DNA of 32,000 bases, taken from NCBI RefSeq assembly GCF_000008465.1, contig NC_006512.1, forward strand, positions 660,001 through 692,000, written 5' to 3'. A model generated the notes under the pieces. The model was given only the letters and a program-made list of their open reading frames with translations. It made no database searches and was not told where the DNA came from. The stretch comes from Idiomarina loihiensis L2TR. Its GTDB lineage: Bacteria; Pseudomonadota; Gammaproteobacteria; Enterobacterales; Alteromonadaceae. Below are positions 26,838-32,000 of this stretch, piece by piece. Position 1 is the stretch's first letter. Every line of letters begins with the position of its first letter. Both the position numbers and the translations under genes were made by a program.

Positions 26838-28049
26838 ATGGCGCATGGCGTAGGAATTGCGAAGTTAGACGAGGCGCTCGGGGCGTTGGAAGATATGACT
26901 GAAGGTGTTAAGCCTATTACACTGGAAGAGTACCAGCAGCGCGTTGCTAAGGCACAGCAATTGATGCAGGAAAAAGGCATCAGCGCTATGTATTTAAACG
27001 CAGGTACTAACCTGGAATATTTTACCGGCTTGAAGTGGTACCCCAGTGAACGTTTGGTCGGCGCCGTTATCCCGGTTAAGGGAAATGTCACCTTAATAGC
27101 GCCCGCGTTTGAAGTCGGTTCATTAACCCAGGCTATGATACTGCCCATGGATACGGTTTTGTGGGACGAACATGAATCACCTTATGAACGGTTGCTGAAC
27201 TTTTTAGCGGAGCATTTTTCTGATGGCTATAAATTGGCGTTGGATGAGTCCACACCATACAGCGTTGTAGCGAAGCTGGAAGAGCGCAAGCCAGCTGAAA
27301 CAATGTGTGACGCAAAAGTCATTACCGCTGCCTGTCGTATGCATAAGTCGCCCGCAGAGCTGGCGTTAATTCAGACGGCTATGGATATGACCATGGCCGT
27401 GCACAGAGCCACCGGTGCCATGCTGCACGAGGGCGTAACCGCTTCTGAAGTTAGAGGTTTTATTAATGAAGCACACCGAAAGGTGGGCGCGTCTGGGTCG
27501 TTTTTCTGTATTGTGCTGTTTGGTAAAGGAACCAGCTACCCGCACGGTGTTAATTACGAGCAGAAGCTGGAGAAAAACGACTGGGTGCTTATTGATACCG
27601 GTTGCAAGCTGCACGGGTATCACTCTGATATCACCCGTACTTACCCCTTTGGCAACGCGACTGAAGAGCAACAGACGTTCTGGCAGTATGAACGAGACTT
27701 ACAGCAGGCTGTTTTTGATGCGGCTCATATAGGTAAAACCTGCGAATCGGTTGATGACGCAGTTCGGGTTAAATTGAGCGAACTGGGTTTAAAAGCCGAT
27801 TATCAATTACCCGGTGTACCGCACAGAACAGGCCATGGTATCGGTATGGACTTGCATGAATGGCCGTATTTAGTCGGTGGGGACAAGACCGAATTGGCAC
27901 CGGGAATGTGCTTCAGTAATGAACCTATGGTAATTAACCCGGAAAAGTTTGGCGTGCGCCTGGAAGACCACTTTTATATGAGCGAAGAGGGGGCTTTTTG
28001 GTTTACCGAACCATCCCGCTCTGTGGATGACCCGTTTAACCTTCTGTGA
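26838..28049 (+). CDS. M24-family metallopeptidase (Xaa-Pro dipeptidase / aminopeptidase P-like)
   Basis: The ATG at 26838 follows AAGGAG (the track ORF opens at a TTG at 26784). It has a creatinase-like N-domain and a pita-bread domain with metal ligands (..IDTG....GYHSDITRT.., ..HRTGHGIGMDLHE.., ..SNEP.., ..RLED..). Confidence 0.9.
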   Translation: MAHGVGIAKLDEALGALEDMTEGVKPITLEEYQQRVAKAQQLMQEKGISAMYLNAGTNLEYFTGLKWYPSERLVGAVIPVKGNVTLIAPAFEVGSLTQAMILPMDTVLWDEHESPYERLLNFLAEHFSDGYKLALDESTPYSVVAKLEERKPAETMCDAKVITAACRMHKSPAELALIQTAMDMTMAVHRATGAMLHEGVTASEVRGFINEAHRKVGASGSFFCIVLFGKGTSYPHGVNYEQKLEKNDWVLIDTGCKLHGYHSDITRTYPFGNATEEQQTFWQYERDLQQAVFDAAHIGKTCESVDDAVRVKLSELGLKADYQLPGVPHRTGHGIGMDLHEWPYLVGGDKTELAPGMCFSNEPMVINPEKFGVRLEDHFYMSEEGAFWFTEPSRSVDDPFNLL

Positions 28050-28056
28050 GCGCATG

Positions 28057-28112
28057 TAGCCTGACATTTATGTCAGGTGAGATATCGCACCTGATGTGAA
28101 CATCAGGCTACT
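28057..28112. repeat. convergent pair of REP units (BIME-like)
   Basis: TAGCCTGACATTTATGTCAGGTGAGATAT (28057-28085) and the inverted copy GCACCTGATGTGAACATCAGGCTACT (28087-28112). Confidence 0.8.
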
Positions 28113-28141
28113 GGTACAAAACTGGCACAATGGCTAAAATG

Positions 28142-28171
28142 CAAAAAGCCCCGCACTTGCGTGCAGGGCTT
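28142..28171 (-). terminator. rho-independent terminator for a minus-strand transcript, now orphaned
   Basis: Read as minus-strand RNA, the stem is AGCCCUGCAC-GCAA-GUGCGGGGCU (one G-U pair), followed by UUUUU. The same stem has a C-A mismatch on the plus-strand RNA and no T-run there. Confidence 0.65.
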
Positions 28172-28180
28172 GAGAATGCT

Positions 28181-28201
28181 TGGTGCCGGAGGCGGAATCG
28201 A
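28181..28201 (-). pseudogene. tRNA 3'-end-like remnant (possible att-site half)
   Basis: The reverse complement reads TCGATT-CCGCC-TCCGGC-ACCA, which is T-loop-like, then T-stem-like, then an acceptor 3' strand and CCA end. No D-arm or anticodon arm lies upstream. A native-looking terminator sits 10 nt downstream. The spacing is 1 nt short of a canonical tRNA. Confidence 0.45.
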
Positions 28202-28418
28202 TAAGATCTAATAACTTATTGTTTTATAGTGGATAAAAAATATTAAGATTCAAGCGTGTTACTTACCTTGTTACTAAAACTTCAGCTTTAGTTTTTTGAT
28301 TGAAAGCTTTTTCACAAATGAATCTTTTAACTTTTTGGCTATGCCCAATACTCGCTTAACACGTTGAACATAGCTATAGTGGTCTGCAACTTGTGAACGT
28401 GTAGTGGCAAATAAATTC

Positions 28419-28442
28419 GGGTAAGCGGATTAAATGGTTGAT
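28419..28442. repeat. left terminal inverted repeat (IRL)
   Basis: GGGTAAGCGGATTAAATGGTTGAT. Confidence 0.9.
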
Positions 28443-28505
28443 CTTACCTTTGCATGAGAGTGAGACAGACCGGCATCTCATCGGATTATCTGGTTGATGC
28501 TTCAC

Positions 28506-28913
28506 CTACTGCTGGTGCATGTTTCCTTCGCTAATTCCAGCAAGAACCCCACACGCCTCAACTTCCCGGTCATCGTTGCAACTCGCTCTCAGTGAAACGA
28601 GTTGTTTCTCAAGCGCTTGCAGAGCGGTTATCTGCGACCGCACATGAGAGATGTGATCATCGAGCAAGGCGTTGACGGCGGTACAAGGCTGATGAGGGTC
28701 GTCCTGATAGCTCTGTAGTTCGTGAATCTCAGCCAGTGACAGGCCCAGGATTCTGCAGCGACGGATGAAGGCCAGCCCCTCACCATGCTTCTCGGTATAG
28801 ACACGGTAACCGTTGTCCTGCCGATCAGGCGGCGGCAACAAGCCCTGCTGTTCATAGAAGCGGATCGTCTGTGTTTCGACCCCTACCAACTGCGCCAACT
28901 GACCAATGCGCAT
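28506..28913 (-). CDS. MerR-family metal-responsive regulator (CadR/ZntR/PbrR-like)
   Basis: The ATG at 28911-28913 follows GGAGG (the track ORF opens at a TTG 15 nt upstream). MRIGQLAQLVGVETQTIRFYEQQGLL.P..R..NGYR.Y is the MerR wHTH. Cys residues (C..., ..ASCNDD..VEACGV..) sit in the C-terminal metal-binding region. Confidence 0.9.
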   Translation of the reverse strand: MRIGQLAQLVGVETQTIRFYEQQGLLPPPDRQDNGYRVYTEKHGEGLAFIRRCRILGLSLAEIHELQSYQDDPHQPCTAVNALLDDHISHVRSQITALQALEKQLVSLRASCNDDREVEACGVLAGISEGNMHQQ

Positions 28914-28944
28914 CAGCCTCCTCCCCAACGGATTCTTTACTCTA

Positions 28945-28975
28945 TTGACCTTATAGTAGCTTTATAGTTTAAAAT
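28945..28975 (+). promoter_or_regulatory. MerR-type promoter with a 19-bp spacer, upstream of the CDF gene
   Basis: -35 TTGACC (28945-28950), a 19-nt spacer TTATAGTAGCTTTATAGTT with an imperfect dyad (ACCTTATAG / CTTTATAGT), and -10 TAAAAT (28970-28975). Confidence 0.6.
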
Positions 28976-29008
28976 GGTACCACAACATTGTTCAAGTGGA
29001 GTCGTATC

Positions 29009-29905
29009 ATGAGCAAATCCTGTGGTGGCGCCTGTGGCGGTGATGCAACGTCCGCAGCGGATACCGATATACAGGCCTCCTCCGAGGCGCCAGGGAGATG
29101 GGTCAGTGTTTATGCCGTGCCGAAGATGGACTGTCCATCAGAAGAACGAATGATTCGCCTAGCCCTGAACGGCTTTGAGGAGATTCGGGCGCTGTCCTTC
29201 GACTTGTCGAACCGCCGGCTGAAGGTCGTGCATGACGGCGAGGTCGAGCCCGTCACCTCGAAACTGAAGACCTTGGGGCTAGGCGCCTCGCTTCAGGAAA
29301 CCGTCGCTGCAAATCCGGAGACCACCAAGGCCGCCGAGTTTTCGGCAGCTTCTGCTAAGCAAGAATCCGGGACCCTGCGCTGGTTGCTCGGCATCAATGC
29401 ACTTCTGTTCGTGGTGGAAATGACTGCCGGTCTGATCGCCCAGTCCACCGGCCTGATTGGAGAATCCCTGGACAATTTTGCCGATGCGGCGGTGTACGGG
29501 CTTGCCCTTTATGCGGTTGGACATAGCGTGAAAATGCAGGTACGTGCCGCGCATCTTGCTGGTGTACTGCAACTGATCTTGGCTGTGGGCGTGCTCGTAG
29601 AGGTGGTGAGACGCTTTGTATTCGGTAGTGAGCCTGAATCGCTGGTGATGATGGCTATCGCATTCGTCGCATTGATTGCCAATACCAGTTGTCTGCTGCT
29701 CATATCCAAACATCGGGAAGGCGGGGCGCACATGAAGGCAAGCTGGATATTCTCGGCCAACGACGTGGTGATCAACCTGGGGGTCATCACCGCCGGCGCC
29801 CTGGTCGCGTGGACCGGTTCCAATTATCCGGATCTGATTATCGGCACCATCGCGGGGGGCATTGTACTTAACGGTGCCAGACGCATTTTGGCGTTGAAGG
29901 GTTAA
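29009..29905 (+). CDS. cation-diffusion-facilitator-type metal efflux protein with an N-terminal Cys-rich / HMA-like domain
   Basis: The ATG at 29009 lies 8 nt after GGAG. The N-terminus is MSKSCGGACGG.., followed by a ferredoxin-like segment with MDCPSEE in place of GMTCxxC. Six TM helices follow (..LLFVVEMTAGLIAQSTGLIGESLDNFADA..). No long C-terminal cytoplasmic domain is present. Confidence 0.88.
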   Translation: MSKSCGGACGGDATSAADTDIQASSEAPGRWVSVYAVPKMDCPSEERMIRLALNGFEEIRALSFDLSNRRLKVVHDGEVEPVTSKLKTLGLGASLQETVAANPETTKAAEFSAASAKQESGTLRWLLGINALLFVVEMTAGLIAQSTGLIGESLDNFADAAVYGLALYAVGHSVKMQVRAAHLAGVLQLILAVGVLVEVVRRFVFGSEPESLVMMAIAFVALIANTSCLLLISKHREGGAHMKASWIFSANDVVINLGVITAGALVAWTGSNYPDLIIGTIAGGIVLNGARRILALKG

Positions 29906-29908
29906 ATA

Positions 29909-30421
29909 ATGCTCATTATTGGCAAAAAGCTCTCGCCGTATGCCCTATTGTCCATATCGGGCCTGCTGGCAACGTCTGATCAGGCTGTAAAGTGGCTGGT
30001 GCAGCAATCAATGGCCTATGGCGAGTATGTTTCGGTGACCCCGTTCTTTAACTGGGTGCACCTATGGAACACCGGTGCCGCATTCAGTCTTTTTGCGAAT
30101 GGTGGAGGCTGGCAGCGCTACTTTTTTATCGGAATCGCGGTAGTGGTCTCGATTTTTTTGATCAAGCTGATCCTTGAAAATCGTCATAAAGGAGAAGCCA
30201 TCGCTTACAGTCTTATCCTCGGTGGCGCCATGGGCAACCTGATTGACCGGGTCTTTCGCGGCTATGTTGTGGATTCCTTTGATTTCTATTGGCGAGACTG
30301 GCATTGGCCGGCCTTCAACCTGGCTGATATTGCAATTGTCCTCGGTGCCTTACTTTTCGTTTCCAGCAGCTTGTTGGGTAAAAAAGCAAACACCAATGCC
30401 GAGTCGGATGGATCTGACTGA
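29909..30421 (+). CDS. lspA: lipoprotein signal peptidase (signal peptidase II)
   Basis: 170 aa with ..NTGAAFS.., ..GGA.GNLIDR.., ..FNLADI.. motifs. Confidence 0.93.
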   Translation: MLIIGKKLSPYALLSISGLLATSDQAVKWLVQQSMAYGEYVSVTPFFNWVHLWNTGAAFSLFANGGGWQRYFFIGIAVVVSIFLIKLILENRHKGEAIAYSLILGGAMGNLIDRVFRGYVVDSFDFYWRDWHWPAFNLADIAIVLGALLFVSSSLLGKKANTNAESDGSD

Positions 30422-30442
30422 CACCTACGCCTATACAACACC

Positions 30443-31732
30443 ATGACCGAACTTCCCGACAACATCCTTCACCTGCCGCAATACCAAGTACTGGGCTGCA
30501 AATCAACCGACGACGAAATGCACTTCCAGGTGGACGTGCCCGATCCCATCGCCTGCGAGGAATGCGGCGTGCAGGGTGAGTTCGTACGGTTCGGCAAGCG
30601 TGACGTTCCCTATCGTGATCTGCCCATCCACGGCAAGCGGGTCACTCTCTGGGTGGTCCGCCGCCGATACACCTGCCGGGCCTGCAAGACAACATTCAGG
30701 CCCCAGCTACCGGAGATGGTGGACGGATTCCGTATGACACTGCGGCTGCATGAGTACGTGGAGAAGGAATCCTTCAACCACCCCTACACCTTTGTGGCGG
30801 CACAGACCGGCCTGGACGAGAAGACGGTGCGCGACATCTTCAACGCCCGCGCCGAGTTCCTGGGGCGCTGGCACCGCTTCGAGACGCCCCGCATCCTGGG
30901 CATTGACGAGCTATACCTGAACAAGCGCTACCGCTGCATTCTGACCAACATTGAGGAGCGAACCCTGCTCGACCTGCTGGCCACCCGCCGCCAGGACGTG
31001 GTGACCAACTACCTGATGAAGCTGAAAGACCGGCAGAAGGTCGAGATCGTCAGCATGGACATGTGGAACCCCTACCGGGCAGCGGTCAAGGCTGTGCTGC
31101 CCCAGGCCCGTATCGTGGTCGATAAGTTCCATGTGGTGCGCATGGCCAACGATGCCCTAGAGAGAGTGCGCAAGGGCCTCAGAAAGGAGCTGAAACCGTC
31201 CCAGAGCCGGACTCTCAAGGGAGACCGGAAAATCCTGCTGAAACGCGCTCACGAAGTCTCAGACCGGGAGCGCCTCATCATGGAGACCTGGACAGGCGCG
31301 TTCCCGCAACTGCTGGCCGCCTACGAGCACAAGGAGCGCTTCTACGGCATCTGGGACGCCACCACACGGCTCCAGGCAGAAGCCGCCCTGGACGAGTGGA
31401 TAGCCACCATCCCGAAGGGCCAAAAGGAAGTCTGGAGCGATCTGGTCAGGGCAGTGGGAAACTGGCGCGAAGAGACCATGACCTACTTCGAGACGGACAT
31501 GCCCGTCACCAACGCTTACACGGAGTCCATCAACCGACTGGCCAAGGACAAGAACCGTGAAGGGCGCGGTTACTCCTTCGAGGTGATGCGGGCACGAATG
31601 CTCTACACCACGAAGCACAAGAAGAAGGCACCGACTGCGAAGGTCTCTCCTTTCTACAAGAAAACCATCGGTTACGGACTGCCGGACTTCGCAGAGGAAC
31701 TCAACTACGGAGTCGATCTATCAACCATCTGA
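30443..31732 (+). CDS. tnpA: ISL3-family transposase
   Basis: 429 aa with an N-terminal zinc-finger region (C.ECG....RFGKR......P.....V.L.V.RRRY.C..C..TF) and a DDE domain (..LGIDE.., ..VSMDMW..Y......LP.A.IV.DKFHV.., ..TNAYTES.N..). Confidence 0.95.
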   Translation: MTELPDNILHLPQYQVLGCKSTDDEMHFQVDVPDPIACEECGVQGEFVRFGKRDVPYRDLPIHGKRVTLWVVRRRYTCRACKTTFRPQLPEMVDGFRMTLRLHEYVEKESFNHPYTFVAAQTGLDEKTVRDIFNARAEFLGRWHRFETPRILGIDELYLNKRYRCILTNIEERTLLDLLATRRQDVVTNYLMKLKDRQKVEIVSMDMWNPYRAAVKAVLPQARIVVDKFHVVRMANDALERVRKGLRKELKPSQSRTLKGDRKILLKRAHEVSDRERLIMETWTGAFPQLLAAYEHKERFYGIWDATTRLQAEAALDEWIATIPKGQKEVWSDLVRAVGNWREETMTYFETDMPVTNAYTESINRLAKDKNREGRGYSFEVMRARMLYTTKHKKKAPTAKVSPFYKKTIGYGLPDFAEELNYGVDLSTI

Positions 31733-31766
31733 GGGTGGTATCAGATTGATGGGGTGAAGGTGCCCC

Positions 31767-31790
31767 ATCAACCATTAAATCCGTATACCC
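31767..31790. repeat. right terminal inverted repeat (IRR)
   Basis: ATCAACCATTAAATCCGTATACCC, whose reverse complement is GGGTATACGGATTTAATGGTTGAT. It differs from IRL at 3 of 24 positions. Confidence 0.9.
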
Positions 31791-31801
31791 AAACTAATAA
31801 A

Positions 31802-31825
31802 GAGGCGAAGAGTGCTTTCCGCCTC
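31802..31825 (-). terminator. hairpin with T-run downstream of the partial minus-strand ORF
   Basis: GAGGCG..CGCCUC 6-bp stem, followed on the minus strand by TTTATTAGTTT. It lies directly next to IRR. Confidence 0.5.
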
Positions 31826-31842
31826 CAAGCTTCATCAGACGG

Positions 31843-31998
31843 TTATTGTGCAGTTCTAGACGAAAAGCTTTGGTTAAACAGCCGTACACCAACCTCTTCC
31901 AAAGCCGCTCTAACGCTCTCAACAACGTCAGGTTCGATCGACAGACCATTGGCATACACACCTTTATCGAACGTTAAAACAGCTCCGTACGCTTTCGC
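31843..31998 (-). CDS. C-terminal 51 codons of an unidentified protein (gene continues right of the window)
   Basis: The only open minus-strand frame running in from the window edge reads ..AKAYGAVLTFDKGVYANGLSIEPDVVESVRAALEEVGVRLFNQSFSSRTAQ*. It is followed by a hairpin. I do not recognise a family. Confidence 0.3.
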   Translation of the reverse strand, partial: AKAYGAVLTFDKGVYANGLSIEPDVVESVRAALEEVGVRLFNQSFSSRTAQ

Positions 31999-32000
31999 TG

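Larger units (their letters stand above)
28419..31790 (+). mobile_element. ISL3-family insertion sequence of the ISPpu12 type with passenger genes (merR-like, CDF, lspA, tnpA); 3,372 bp
   Basis: 24-bp imperfect terminal inverted repeats (21/24 identical) bracket four ORFs. The element is sharply more GC-rich than the flanking DNA. The gene order matches my recollection of ISPpu12 and related elements. Confidence 0.85.

Noticed and set aside
26732-27148. 138-aa minus-strand ORF overlapping the M24 peptidase start
   Set aside because: It is antisense to a well-supported peptidase gene and has no recognisable motifs. The peptidase frame carries the conserved metal-ligand motifs.
28275-28418. 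47-codon open minus-strand frame abutting the left IR of the ISPpu12-type element, considered as a gene interrupted by the IS
   Set aside because: The sequence on the other side of the IS (31791 onward) has no matching upstream reading frame. Instead it holds a stop codon, a terminator and short closed frames. No family resemblance was seen, and the open frame is probably a chance result in AT-rich DNA.

Overview
This looks like a chromosomal segment of a moderately AT-rich marine gammaproteobacterium. The gene content and the ArgH-GNAT fusion point to Alteromonadales, but that is inference only. Order of features, left to right:
- glyoxylate-shunt genes aceB-aceA (-)
- a methyl-accepting chemotaxis protein
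- the divergent arginine cluster argE / argC-argB-argF-argG-argH(A), with tandem ARG boxes in the shared control region
- a secreted MBL-fold hydrolase
- a lipoprotein plus TonB-dependent receptor pair
- an IS110-family insertion with a structured 5' leader
- a REP/BIME-like palindromic repeat family (5 loci in the window) and a GC-rich Y-shaped hairpin element
- an MscS-family channel, a YbiT-like ABC-F ATPase, and a YfcG-like GST followed by a GST C-terminal relic
- a DUF1707/LiaF-like protein and an orphan amidohydrolase-fold protein
- a YeiH-like transporter with a divergent LysR regulator
- two Rnk (GreA C-terminal domain) paralogues separated by a 28-codon polylysine micro-ORF and a terminator
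- an M24 peptidase
- a truncated tRNA-like 3' end with an orphan terminator, then AT-rich DNA
- a complete 3,372-bp GC-rich ISL3-family element of the ISPpu12 type, carrying merR-like, CDF and lspA passenger genes.

I do not see a convincing novel multi-gene system such as a defence system. The best candidates for something undescribed are: (i) the polylysine micro-ORF/terminator module in front of rnk, (ii) the IS110 leader RNA with its internal-loop architecture, (iii) the GC-rich three-way hairpin element wedged between REP units, and (iv) the orphan amidohydrolase with a large insert. All functional calls come from reading the translations and motifs by eye. No database search was run.
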